In this document: positions 38,001 to 52,830 of the stretch, one piece after another
Position numbering within the stretch: the stretch's first letter is position 1
How the letters are laid out: every line of letters starts with the position of its first letter
NCBI RefSeq assembly: GCF_001194135.2
Contig: NC_068984.1
Span: 86,819,207 to 86,883,206 of the forward strand
Origin: Octopus bimaculoides
Taxonomy: Eukaryota
Reading direction: 5' to 3'
DNA length: 64,000 bases
The notes under the pieces: model-generated
What the model saw: the letters and a program-made list of their open reading frames with translations, nothing else
The model's database searches: none
Told to the model about the DNA's origin: nothing
Translations under genes and position numbers: made by a program

Positions 38001-39584
38001 TTATTTGTTTCTAACTTGGGTGCAAGGGCTCAAGTTTGTAGGGGAGAGCTGTCATTGTTAAGTCAACCCCAATCCATTATCAACATTTATTTAATCAACC
38101 TTAGAAAGATGAAAGATAAAATCAATATTCATGAAATTTGGATTCAGAATGTAAAAAAGACAACTAAAAGCTACAACTCCTTATAGTTACTTTACTGTTT
38201 ATACCATATTTACATTAATCTGTCATCATTGGAAGGGTGCTGTTATGATAATTTTTCTTTGTTTGCTTAACTTTTCTTTCATGCTAGCATGGGTTGATGG
38301 GATTTTTTTGTTGGAAAAGGTTTTTACAGTTAGGTGTCCTTATTACAACTAATTACACAGCTTTGAAGAAGGAATGGAGATGAATAAAAAGGAATCCAGG
38401 AGATAGTTTTTGTACATAAGCAAATGGCATATTTTATTAGTAAATGAAGTTATGGATTTTGAGTGTGTGTAAAATCAATTCATTAGGTTTAACTATGTAA
38501 ATGATCAAGAACTGAAGCCCATAGTGTCAGAGAGTCCTCAAAAATGACCTCATTGCCTACCACTTGTCTTAGTGAGGTCACTGCCGATAGGGAATTGAAG
38601 ACGTTACACTCAGTGACATTAGAAGAAGCAGGAAAAGTGTTACATAAGAAAGCTAACCTGCTTTTACCAACCAAGTGTTTATGTGTTTTGACTGCACATC
38701 AAGGATTCAGATATAGTCACTAAAAGACCTACATTGGAAGAAGACCATCATTATTGGCTTTGATGGACAACTTTTGAGAAAAGCCTTCAATCTGATATGA
38801 ATAATAAATGTAAATGAAATGTGATGTGGCATGAATATGAAATAGTTCTGTGTACATGTCTGTTTTGGCATGGTTTTTATGAGTATCCAGCTGTAAAAAC
38901 CATGCCAAAACAGACACTGAAGTCTGGAAGTCTGGTGTAGACTTTTGCCTAGCTGATTCCTATCAAACTGTCCAACCCATGCCAGTATGAAAAGTGGACA
39001 TTAAAAGATGATATATATATATATATACATATACACACACACACATTGGAAGTGTGTGTCAGTGAAGACAGAGAAAATGATGGAAAAGGAGTAAAATGAT
39101 TTCTGTATGATCCGTTGGTTGAAATCAAAGAAGATTTGGAATAAGATGGTGTGGATGTCATAAATGAGATGATACTGATTCAAAATTCATGGCTGTGTAT
39201 ATATATCTAGCAAATCTCTTTGTGTGAACATATATCTGACAAGGACCTGTGGATGCAATTATTTCTATGCATGACAAGGTTTTCAACAAGAACAGATAAA
39301 ATCCATCATATTTGAATATAAAACTTAAGTAAATTTAACATGAAATAAAGCAGTAAAAAAAATACAAATTTTACTGGAAAAGACTGAAGCGTGTATTGCT
39401 TCAAAATTTATTAAAGAAGCCTTGTATATGTAGAATAAGATTAAAAAATACAAACCCAAAATTTATTAACAATTTGTTCTTAGAAACAGAACTACTTCTA
39501 TGAGATCCTAATTTAAAGAAACACTTAAGTCATTGGTTTTTCATGCAGGAAACAGTCAAATTGATAACTGTGAAATTGGATGTG

Positions 39585-39796
39585 TTAACCTTTTCATTAT
39601 TGTATTTATTTTGAGATGCTCCATGTTTCTTTCAATTAATTTTAAATATAACAGAATTTAATGGAATAACTTAGTTATCATTAAACTAGTGTTCAGAACA
39701 TAAATTGTGACTAAGGTTTGATGGAAGATTTTAATTCAAAACTTATGAAAACAAGACATTTGTACTACAGAGCCGGGTTGGTAACAAAAGGGTTAA
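39585..39796. mobile_element. piggyBac-like MITE
   Basis: TTAA-ccttttcatta ... taacaaaaggg-TTAA: imperfect TIRs with TTAA at both ends. Confidence 0.5.
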
Positions 39797-42700
39797 AGCA
39801 TTATATTGTAGCTAGTGTTACTCATCATATGGGCAGGTAACTTTAGAAGTATACTTTTGACCATCATGGGTAATATCAAGAAGTATACCATTACATAAAA
39901 TAATTATAGTTTAACTTTCATTGAATTTCTTAATGCTGACAGAAAAATGATGAAATGAATAATAATTTTCAGAAGGAAAATAATTATTCTAAAATAAAAA
40001 TAAAATTTCTCATTTGCTTGACCCTTCCCATAACTGTTGTCATTTATTTCTTTCTCCTTCTGCTACCAAGCCTAGTGTGTGCATTTATCCTGTATCTTTG
40101 ACTTAACCTCTCTCTATCTTTTATGCTCACTCTCTCTTCCTCTCTCTATATGATGTAAGGCACTAAAAAAAAAATCGACCAACCACACAAGCAACTTTTA
40201 TATCAGCAATTATACTGAGGTAGTGTTACCTATTATATGATGGGTATACTTTGGCTACCATGGGTAATATCAGGATATATGGCATACATACAATCATTGT
40301 AATATAACTTATGTTTCTTGGTGTTTACACAAAATGGGCAAATAAATACTGATTTTCAAAAGAAAAATACTTATTACCTTAAAATAAAAATTAAAACAAA
40401 TTTCTCATCTATATAACTACCCATAACATCTGTATAACTTCCCCATAACTACCCTGCTATTTACTCTCTTCCTGCCACCAAGACTAGTACATGCACTTAC
40501 TCTCTTTCCCCTTCTCTTTATGATGTAAAGTGGTACTGGATAGTCAACCAACCAACCAGCCAACATTTATATTGGCTTTTATTATACAGATTTTTTTGTG
40601 TTTTCTTTAAAAACTGTTTCTCTCCAAAGCATTTTAGTCTAAAAATGCCTGTGCTTAACAGCTCATATTCTAAAGGCTCTTTGGTATAAAAATATGCCAA
40701 ACAATTTTTCTGTTGTTAATTCATAAATTACATGATTATATTGATTTTTTTTAATGGAATAAAAGCAATTACAATAGAAGTAAACAGCCGTCATATGTTG
40801 TATTTATTTTCATAAATTATGATCAATTTAAAAAAATAAAATAAAATAAAACTGGAAGTATTTAAAAATGTGAAGACACTTTTTATACTCCACATATGTA
40901 AGTCGTCAGTATCTAACATACAATATTTTAACATGAAGCAAACTGAATTGGATGTTAATTTTTCTTACAACACAGTAAGTTGTATTTTACAAAGTCAATT
41001 TTGGCTACAAGAGTACTTGGTACAGCCAAGATTATCTTGTATATTGATTTTTTTTTTGCCAGAGTTTATAATCTCACCCACAAAAACTTTGTTTTTAAGA
41101 TATTTTATTTCAGATTGTTTTGCTCTTTACCTTACTGCTATTTCAACTATCTTATAAATGTTAAAGCCATGCTGGCATGGACATACTTTTTTGAGAAATG
41201 AGCCACATGAGACATGCTTTATCATCAGGTGGGCCACATTACTAAAAAAAACATTGTCAGGTATGCCTTTTAGAAAGTCCAGCAGGCCACAATTTGCTCA
41301 TGAATAATTTTTCATCTAAACAACAGAATCACCTATATAAATACCCTGGGATGTTTGGTTACATCCCACTATGTTCATAGTTCATATCTTACCCAGTTTA
41401 TTTTGCTTTTCATCATTCCATGGCTGAAAAACCAGTCTATAAAATAAGTATGAGGGTCAATATAATCTATACATGTAATCAGTGTAAACTATAGCTTAGA
41501 GGGTACAGCCTTTAGCATGGCTACAGTCCAATAACTGAAGGTAAAAAAAATAAATCTCAAGCTAAAAGTGAAATCAGTTATTTTATATTTTTGATTTTGG
41601 CAGCATGTTTGTAATTCTAAGGAATTAAAATAAGTTGCAATTACTTCTCATAAATAATTATAATCATCTATGCTGTTTTTTTTTTCTTTTCTTTTTAAAC
41701 TTCTTTTATGGGCATAAAAATATGAGTTTTGAAATGGAATTTGTGAGAAAATAAAATTCTAAGGTTTCATGTAGGGACTTCATTGAAATTTCTGGACAAA
41801 TTTTATAATGATGATTTGCCTTTTAGTAGTTGAAATATTTGACAAACATATTTCAACTAACCTAAATTCTGCTCATACCTAAACACTGCTTTGTGCCAAT
41901 GCTTCATTATTTACCTTGATCAAGTGATCTACTATTGCAAATCAGACGTTGACTGAATTATATACAAAGCTACACACACACACATATATCAGTTGAATAA
42001 AGTCATACATTTATTTTCCAAATTTTTATTACAAATTAAGTATATTGGATAGTGCTCTTCATGCTTATGAGCTAAAGTAAATTAATATTGCAAAGAAGAT
42101 TTGATGTTTTTGTTGTGAGTTGATCAGCTTCTGCAGTTTAACTCACATTTGAATTTGTAATACTGCATCCAGGTTCTGTGAATCTAGCATTGTTCTTTTT
42201 GCCATTTTCTTCTGTAACAAATTTAACCATTTATACACACACACGGAATTATCATGTCTATAAAATAGAAAAAAAAAAATTAACAAATATCTTGAAAATG
42301 ACTAAACTTTAAACAGAAACTGAAAGTTAGTGAAGTAAGAGAGTATAACCAATTGGAAAATTTGAACACTCTGCCACACATTGATGAAACTGGTGTGTAG
42401 CACATTTGTGTAACATGATAGATTAAATATACTAATTGGAGGTTCCCTACCACCAAGTCCCAACTAATTGGGGATTAGTAATAGAGAAAACTTGCTGTAG
42501 ATTTCACCTAATAAAAACTTGGCAAAAGTTATCTAGATATATTTTGAGAATATTTGAGTGTTAGGGTAATAATGTATCACATCTGTCAAACCCATGACAT
42601 TTCATATGCTTTGATTTTATGAAATATGTGGTATCTTTTGAAGAGAAATAGAGCCACCAAAACCCTCTTTAATCAAAGTGCAATCTAGATTAGTTAGCCA

Positions 42701-45700
42701 TACTTTGAATATGAGAGAATCTAGAATGACAGAGGAGGTCCTATTCTGGGGCTAAAGAACAATAGTACTTGTGCTTTCGCAAAAATGTATGTATGTATGT
42801 GTAAATTTAAAGGAAATACAAAGAAAAGTTGTGGACACCAAGTGTGGTGAAATAAGCATCTCTTAATTTAAAACTTTGGTATGTTACTATTTTACTGTAT
42901 TGTATTAAGCATGATTCTGTAATTGCTTTGCAATTACATGGTTTGAAGTTCACTGTCAATGTATAGCACCATGGGCAAATATCTTCTATCGTTGTGTCAA
43001 GTCGACTAAAGCCTTGTATGTGAAATCTGGTGGATGGAAACCATGTGGAAGCTCATTGGAGGAATTGTTCTTGGTTAACTTTAACAAGCATTTAAGCAAG
43101 TTCTCTAGTCAGAGGTGACTTTCCTCTCACTGGTCTTGGATGCCCTGAGAAAGTTATATGTGCTGTTCCTCCTCTCATGACTAATCCAATTAAAGAAAAA
43201 AAAATTCTCAGACTAATTATAACTTTAACAATTATTCTAGTATTTTTGTTCTGGATGCAAGTGGCTTGCAGCAGACGAGTAAACTAACACTATATAGTTT
43301 AAGACTTAATCTTATCAGCTGCTGGATAATTTTGTATTCTCCTCTTCATTAAGCCCAACATTATGCTTTCTCTTACTGTTAGGGTCTATTTCAGTGAGCA
43401 GTATCCAAGCTTTCAAATCTCTTGACTAGTTAACTAACAATAACAACTGTGAATAATGTAGACAAGAATATTGTGACTATTTACTGGAAAATCTGCCTTC
43501 CACTTCACTGACATAGTTGCAATTCACACAGACCTGGATGCCCTCCCATATGCATTACCGCTACATCTAAAGTACAAATCTCTATCCTGTTTGCATCACC
43601 AACTGCTACAAATATACTCTTTACACCAGCTTCAGAGGTAAAAATTATACCTAAATATTATCCACCATCCTGGATGACAAGTGCTTTCAATCAACTGGAG
43701 AACTATATGATTGGTCTAATTGTAAATAGAGGGGTTGGAATTGAAGGTACTTAATGTATCATGTGTACTGTTGCTACAGCCCTGCTTCTGACAGTCTAAA
43801 AAGCTATATGAAACATAGCTTTCAATTCTCCACATTTTGTCATTGGCACCCCAGAGAATATTCAGAAGGAAACCATCTACATTATCTATAAGCATATCCT
43901 TACTGAAAAGCTTCTACTCAGTGATTGTTGAACCTATTTCTTTTGTCCTTTTCTATTGCTACACTGCAAACTCTGACTGCAATTTAATCTTACTTTATGC
44001 ATTAATCTCTCTGCTGCTTTTTCATGCCTAAAATTAATGTTAAACATTATATAAAATTGTTCATTCTGAGAATTGACTGCTTTATATATGTCTTGCACCT
44101 CCCATTTAGTCTTCTAAGACCAATTTTCTACTCTTGAAACTGTTTATATAATACAGGTGCAGGTGTGGCAAGAAGCTTGCTTCCCAACTACATGGTTCTG
44201 GGTTCAGTCCCACTGTGTGGTACCTTGGGCAAGTGTTTTCTGCTATAGCCTCAGGCTGAGCAAAGCCTTGTGAGTGAATTTGGTAAACAGAAACTGAAAG
44301 AAGCCTGTCGTTTATGTGTGTTTGTGCCCCCCACCCTTGACACCCAATGTTGGTGTGTTTACGTCCTTGTAATTTAGCAATTTAGCAAAAGAGACCAATA
44401 GAATAAGTACCAGGCTTTGCAAAAAATAATAAACATTTGGATCAATAAGTTCGACTAAAAGTTCTTCAAGGTGGTGCCCCTGCATGGCCACAATTTAATG
44501 AATGAGACAAATACAAAATAAAAGATAATTGTCGCTCAATGCCAAAAACCTGAGACACAATTTTGGCTCCATTCACTCCACTCCCATTTCATTATATAAG
44601 TAGACCTAATAATAACCAAAAAAGTCAACAAATGATAAGAAAAGGAAATGTGATTTTGTCTTGACCAGAACTCAATTGTTTGAACTAACAGAATAAAAAT
44701 ATGGTCAATATTTGAATGTAATTTACTCATGTGACTATTAAAGCAAATATATATCTGTATATAAACATATTTCTGTTGCTGTTCATTTTTGTTTTGTAAA
44801 TGGCTTAATTTTTTGTATATAAGACACATTTAACAGAAGTAGGCCTCATACTTAATATCTGAATTACTTGCTTAAAAAGGCCAAATTTCACCCCTCCTCT
44901 TTGGAAACAAAAACAGGTTTTGATATTGTTTAATAATCATTGATAAAGTATGTTTCAGTAATTTCTGAAATAGAGCAAGAATGAATATAGCAAATATTGC
45001 TACCTAATTTTGGCAGAAGGCCAGCAATTTCAAGGGAGGAGTTTAAGTTGATTACATCAACCCCAGTACTCAATTGGTACTTATTTTATTGACCCCAAAA
45101 GGATGAAAGGCAAAGTCAACCTTGGTGGAATTTGAACTCAAAATGTAAAGACGGACAAAATGCTGCTGAGCATTTTGCCCAGCATGCTAATGATTCTGCC
45201 AATTCACTGCCTTAAAAAACATGACAAATATTGGTATCTAATTTTTAGATGGTCTGAATGATGATGGAGGTACAGACACACAACAGTTAATCAGTCTCTT
45301 ATAATCCTGCATCCAGCCTGTAAAATATGCTGATCTAACTATATTAATCTATAAACTGGAAATAGTTTTCTCTTTTTTGTTATTACTCTTAATGATGTTC
45401 TGTTACACTAATAATTCTTTAATAAATATTTATAAAATTTACATTTAACTATGTAAAATAGTGTAATAATTGCTTAGACAAAAATTAATTTCAAATGGAA
45501 AAGATCTTAGTGATTTTCTGTTGATTAACACTCTTATCAGAGTTGTTTTTATTGTGCTTTTTATTTTATTTCCTTTCTAGTAAGGTAACCTACAAAAACA
45601 AATCAATGTACTTGATTCATAATAAAAGAAAAGCAAGGTGTTTGAGGTATTTGTTACAAAAGATATCAACTAACAGAAGACTGATATTGTATGACATATG

Positions 45701-46021
45701 AAAGAAATTATCATAAATTCCTGAAGTACAGAATGGTATAAACTGAAGGAGGCCAAGAAAGTGAATGAACAATGATCACTGGTATCAACTTACTCATATC
45801 CTAATATCATATATCCTAGTGTTTATCAACTCACCTTATTGAGCTAAACACAGATAGTACTGATATTACTTAAACAAAATAAAAATAAAGTTGGAAACTA
45901 AACTATTTACGTGCAAATATTTTTCTCATTCCCTTGTTTACAATAATATTCAAATTGAAGTTTCAATAATTTACAGAATATTGTGCGACAAAATTTAATG
46001 CTCAACTCTGTATTTTTACAG

Positions 46022-46135
46022 AATGATGACTCAGTTCGGGAAGTAAATATCACAAATGTACAAAAGGAAGGTGAAAAAGTAGATCAGTCATATTTTGACT
46101 TATTAAAAGTCCTTGGACAAGGTTCCTTTGGGAAG
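46022..46135 (+). CDS. RPS6KA: RSK coding exon 3 (NDDSVREV...[12 protein letters not shown]), start of N-terminal kinase domain
   Basis: tttttacag| acceptor and AAG|gtaag donor. 114 nt, containing the Gly-rich loop GQGSFGK. Confidence 0.97.
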
Positions 46136-47997
46136 GTAAGTTTATATGATCAAAATATTTTTCAAGTTTTCATTTCAGCTCTTTCAGCATGATACTTAAA
46201 ATGTTTGATTAGCATGTAATAAGTTAGCTAAGTAATTATCTAAGTCTGTATGGCTGTGTAAGATACAAAACTATTTTTATACCATCATCATCATCATTGT
46301 TTAACGTCCACTTTCCATGCTAGCATGGGTTGGACAATTTGACTGAGGACTGGCAAGTCAGAAGGCTGCACTGCTCAACTGTGCTGTTAGTGCTCCACTG
46401 GCGCAGGTGCCAATTATCGAGTATGGTTCAATTACGATTACACTTGCCCCAACAGGTCTTCGCAAGCAGAGTTTAGTGTCCAATGAAGGAGAGGTTGGCA
46501 TGGGTGCCAGTCGTCGGATTCAGTTCGATTTCAGATTCCAAATTCCAAATTCACTTGCCTCAACAGGTCTTCGCAAGCAGGGTTTTTAGTGTCCAATGAA
46601 GTAAAGATACGAATTAGTGAGCTGGCTACACTTCTGGCAGAGATCACAGATTATATGTAATTGATATATTTTAAGGTTGAATGCATTTCTCCTGACAGGA
46701 AACTTAATATTGCAGTAGACAGGTTTATTACTTAGTTTTCATGCAGTATATTTTTAGTTTGTTGAATTTATTGACTCTATACCTGTTTCAAATTTATTTA
46801 TATGGATAATATTTAATACTGACCTTATCTCAATGACTAGAAAGTTAAGTGTTGAGAGCTGTATGTACTAAGTGAGCTTAGTATTATATTTCAATAAAAA
46901 AGACAAATGGTTGTATGGCTTGGATATTTGATATTACTTTTGAAGTTTTTAAATGGGTAGAACACTTAAATGGCTACTTAGAAAATGTACCAAATTGATA
47001 TGTAAGATATAAATGTAGAAACTTTTTACTTAAAATATCGGAGCAAAGAATGCCAGTTCTTCTAATTTATCACTCTTTAAAGTTCTCATCTTTTAAATTT
47101 ATTGTACAAAACTGTTCAGCTAATTTGTAAGTTTGTCTAATTAGTCACTTTTTTCTGTATTTAAGGTAGTAAATTAGCCAAATTCTACTTACATAAGTAT
47201 AGTGTTATTTGTAAACTATAATAAAATAATTTTTAATATTCAAATTTTAATTTTAGCTGCAATATTCTAAGTAAAAAGTTTCTTATTCTTTACTAGAAGT
47301 AATAGCTTGTCCTATACTTTTACAGGTGTAATAACTTGTCTTGCACTTTTCCAGGTTTATAATCTTAAGAATATTACTTTTCATGGTCGCATTTTTCCAT
47401 GTAATCCATGATTTTTCCAGGCATTGCTGTTATAAGATAATTAATAATGTGTCAATAATTTAAGATTTTACCTTATAAAATACTGAAAGATAATATTTCA
47501 ATTTTTCCATGAAAGTGATGATAATATATCAATTTTTTTCATGTTTAATTTAAATATATATTGTGATTGAATTATCTGATATTACCCATCCACACCAAAT
47601 TAATGGCATGGATTTTTACCATCATGTTGGTTGCATCATGGCTCACCAAAAGTTACAAACAGCAAGACCCCAAAACCATCAGTTACCAGGCTCACCTTAA
47701 GTAACCTAATTTTGCAATATTAGGAGGTCACAGGAATTCATTCAATGAAAAAAACAATTCCGATGATTCGGGGATTCGGGGTCCCCCCCACCTCACTTTT
47801 TCAGAACCAAAATAAGGGATTTGCAGCATATTAGGAAGTCAGGGTACTTGATTCCACGCAAAAAATCAAATTGCAATGACATACTTTCACTTTAATGGTT
47901 TCATTTTCATACTGAGACTACTACAGTGAAACTATACTCTCACATATATACATGCATATATATATCTATATATATATGCACAAATGTATCCATATGC

Positions 47998-48028
<31 letters not shown>

Positions 48029-51000
48029 NNNNNNNNNNNNNNNNNNNNNNNNNNNNNNNNNNNNNNNNNNNNNNNNNNNNNNNNNNNNNNNNNNNNNNNN
48101 NNNNNNNNNNNNNNNNNNNNNNNNNNNNNNNNNNNNNNNNNNNNNNNNNNNNNNNNNNNNNNNNNNNNNNNNNNNNNNNNNNNNNNNNNNNNNNNNNNNN
48201 NNNNNNNNNNNNNNNNNNNNNNNCACCCAACATTGCTTGGCAACTGGTAGTGGTGTGTTTATGTCCCTGTAACTTAGCGGTTCGGCATAAGAGACCGATA
48301 GAATAAGTACTAGGCTTCCAAAGAATATATCCTGGGGTCAATTTGCTCGAATAAAGGCATTGCTCCGCATGGCCACACTCAAATGACGAAAACGAGTAAA
48401 AGAGAGTATATATGTATCTATCTATATATATATATGTATATAGATATGAGTATGATGGCACATAGCTTAGTGATTTGCCTGTTGTTCTCACGATTGTGAG
48501 ATTGTAGTTTTGATTCCCAGACCAGGCATTGCGTTGTGCTCTTCAGCAAAACATTTCATGTTGCTCTGCAATCCTTTTGTTGTTTGACATGTGGCATGTT
48601 GTGCACCTGTACATGCAATGTCAATATGATGGAGAAAGTGAGCTTATGAAAAGACAGATATTTGATCACAAATCATCTGTGTGATTGTTCAGCAAGAAAT
48701 TGTCGAACCCTCATATGTTGTCTGACTACTGGTGAGTCCATGGCGTATATGAATATGTGTATATTTGTGCATGCATATATATATATATATATAGCGAGAT
48801 CATTGCCAGTGCCCCTGGACTGGCTTGTGCGGGTGGCACATAAAAGACACCATTTCGAGCGTGGCCGTTTTCGTGCGGGTGACACGTAAAAGCACCCACT
48901 ACACTCTCTGAGTGGTTGGCGTTAGGAAGGGCATCCAGCTGTAGAAACTCTGCCAAATCAGACTGGAGCCTGGTGTTGCCATCCGGTTTCACCAGTCCTC
49001 AGTCAAATCGTCCAACCCATGCTAGCATGGAAAGCGGACGTTAAACGATGATGATGATGATATATATATATATGTATGTATGTATGTATGTATAATGTGT
49101 GTGACTGTGCTTTAGTATCTGTGCTTAATCATCTTGTAATTTGGACTTTATATTTATGATATATGTGTAGTCAGTTCTTTGCTGCTAATATGTGCATTTT
49201 TATTAGTGTTCTAGAATATTTCACAGATGTATTTTTTTGTTTTTATAAAGAAAGGAACTGGTGGATATATGAGAAATAAAATAAATATGTCACTCAGTAA
49301 AAATTTTATAAACAATGTCACATGAGTTTTAAGTGTTGTAATGCAGAAAGTGGCTGGATGACATCTTTATTTGCTTCTTTATGCATGTCCAGTGTCATCT
49401 TGAACTATATGAAGCATGCAGTCTTGTGTGAATCACTTTGTCAGTCAGAAGATAAAATACTTTATCTAATGTCTTGTATTACTCTAAAATTCTTTCATGG
49501 CATGATGTAATTGCTGCATCTTCACTATATTAAATGTTGCCAGGTTTTTTAAATCATCTTGAGGAAAAGATGTTTCCTTCCTGGTTACAAAATACTACTT
49601 ACTTCCTTCCTGGGCTAATTTTAAGATTTTCTTCTGGGTGTTGAATACCAATCATACGCTTTCATTTTGAATGAATATCATTAGGTGTGCTTGAGCACAA
49701 ATCCTTCATTTATGTTTATTTATTTGAATTCACCCCAGTTATTTATCTTGTGTTCCATTATTTTTCTTTTTATATACTAATTTAGGATTTTCTCTGCGAC
49801 CCTAACACTGCCTTAGTTTAGCAATGCATAAACTTTGTGCTTTGATAGAATTTTGCATTCTACTTATCTATGAACTATAAAAACTAGTCCACTTACAAGT
49901 TGAATAATTCAGTTTTGTCCAAATATTTCAGCTGATTGCTTTGAAATTATCTCGCTTGTTTTTTTTGTTTTTTTCTTTTCTTCTTAGCATCTCTAGAGGG
50001 AGTGCTCATCTACTAACTGCTTGGACAATTTCAGTTGATCAAAGTTTTAAACTCACTATACTGCATATGAGAAACCATACCATATTTACAATTTTATATA
50101 AGAAGAAAAAAAAAATTGACTGGTTCAAAATATAATCATAGTGAAAGTCTTAAGAATGTTGAAAATAAGAAATAAATTTATTCAGTTTGTTGATGCTTAT
50201 AAGAAAAAGTTGGTCAGTGGATATTGAGTAATATGAGTTTGGTAGGTATGACACATAAACTCAGCCTTATTCAGCCCAAATATTCTACCAGATCCAGCCT
50301 CTCTCACCTACCCTAAAATGTCATTCTAAAAAGAGACACATCATCAAAATCTCAAAGCATCAAGGTAATGCACGATTAATCCGAAACAGTGTGAATTTGT
50401 AAGCATTGCATTTGACAGAATAATCTTAATGCTAAAGGGTTAAAAATAATGTTAGGATTGGAAATAAATGGAGAAACATGGAGACAACTAATTTAACGTT
50501 AAGATTCTCACCATTTCATTCTAATTGATTTTTATTGAAATTTGATTATTTAAAAAAATTATTCTAAAATAGTAGTAACATTTAACATACTTAATTCAAC
50601 ATGCTGGTGCCACATTAAAAGCACTGGTGCTGATACCACATAAAACGCAATACGCTCTATGAGGTGGCTGGCATTAGGAAGGGCATACAGCTGCAGAAAC
50701 CATTCCAGAACAGACAATGGAGCCTGGCCTTACCAGCTCCAGTCAAACTGTCCAACCCATACAGGTATGGAAAAACGGACTCTCACTGCTAATTAAATAA
50801 TGCTTTAATCTCTGTAAATATTTTACTTGCTTCACAGCTCATTCATTAGCTGATCAGTTCAAACAGGATAGAACTAGCTGCTCTACTACTGTCTTACAGA
50901 GCAAAGTATTACACTTCAGTTTGATGTTTGTGACAAGAGTTAACTCTAAGAATATCTTTTATCTTTGAACTGCATCCTTGCTGAGGCACCACCCTAAAGG

Positions 51001-52830
51001 GTTTTTAGTCGAACAGATCAACTCCAGTACTTGGCAAGTCCAGTACCTATTCTCTTGTCCCTTTTGCCAAACTGCTAAGTTACAGGGATGTAAACAAAAC
51101 AACATTAATGTGTGTGTGGAGAGCAAATACAGACACACACATACACACATTGACCAAATTCACACACAAGGCATTGGTTAACCTGGATTATAGTCGAAGA
51201 ACTCTAACCCAAAGTTCCTTGCAGTGAGACTGAACCCAAAACCACATGGTTGCAAAGTGAACTTTTTAACCATACAACTATGCCTGCACCTATAAACAGA
51301 TTATAAGTTAAACTTTGTTGGAAATTTAGCATGGAGCTTTTATATAAGATTTACTTGCCCAAGGTCCCACTGCGTGACACCTTGGGCAAGTGTCTTCTAC
51401 TATAGCCTTGGGCCGACCAAAGCCTTGTGAGTGGATTTGGTAGACGGAAACTGAAAGAAGCCCGTCGTATATATGTATATACATACATATGTATGTGTGT
51501 GTGTCTCTGTTTGTCCCCCCACCATCGCTTGACAACCGATGCTGGTGTGTTTATGTCCCTGTAACTTAGCGGTTCGGCTAAAGAGACCGATAGAATAAGT
51601 ACTAGGCTTCCAAAGAATAAGTCCTGGGGTCGATTAGCTCGACTAAAAGGTGGTGCTCCAGCATGGCCACAGTCAAATGACTGAAACAAGTAAAAGAGTA
51701 AAAGAGAAAAGAGTAAAGAGTAATGATTCATTGTGATTGTACTCTAAATACATTTCTTTCTGTATCCTTTGGCTTTAGGATTTCTTAACATTTCATTCAC
51801 TACAACTGAATATTTCTCAGTGTTTGAAATTATTGTGAGTCTTTCTGTTTATAACATTTACAAAATATACCTTTTGTGATTTATTTAATGGAATTGTTTC
51901 ATCTATTATTGAGATTCTTTATTTATCTTTTATTTTCATCTGTTTTTTACTTGTTTCAGTTATTGGATTGTAGACCTGTAGGGGCACTGCCTTCAAGGGT
52001 TCTTTTAGTAGAACAGATCAACTCTAGTACTTACTTTTAATCCTGGTACTAATTCTGTCAGTCTCTTTTGCCGAACTCCTAAGTTATGGGGACCTAAGCA
52101 TACCATTGCCAGTTGTTAGGCAGTTGGAAACCATAAGCACACACGTGTGTGCGTGTATATATATAATAGGCTTCCATACAGTTCCATCTACCAAATTCAC
52201 TTGCCAGACATTAGTTGGCCTTGGGCTATAGTAGAAGACACTTGCCCAAGGTGGCATGCAGTAGAACTGAACCTGAGACCATGTGGTTGCAGAGCATGCT
52301 TCTTAGCCACATAGCCATGCCAGGGCCTATATTTATTGAGGTTTATTTATCTGTGAACACCACCTTGAAACAGAAGAATAAAAAGTTAGAAGTTAATGTT
52401 TCAAATTTAACTAGAAATAGTGAGAATTAACATTTTTAAAAGTATAAAAGCTATTAGTATAAGAAACAGGAAAAAAGAAAAAAGAAGAAAAAATCTACTT
52501 TGACAGGTCAAGTGAACTTCTATATGGTTGCTTGATTTTGTAAATACAGGAGTCACATTTCTCTCAAATCACAAACAATCCTTTAAATGAAAGGAACATT
52601 TAGACAGTGCTGTACTTATATAAAAAGACAGCAATACATCTCATTATAGATCTTCAAGCTAAATAATAGCTAAATTGTTAATGAAAATTTTGTCAGATCT
52701 CACCAAACAAATATTTATATTCCCCATTAGCTTTTTGAAATATTCTTATGCAACTGTATATTATGAAAAAAAAAGAAAAAAAATTAGTTATGTCATTCCA
52801 TTATAGTATTCTTCTAAGGAAATTTATTCA

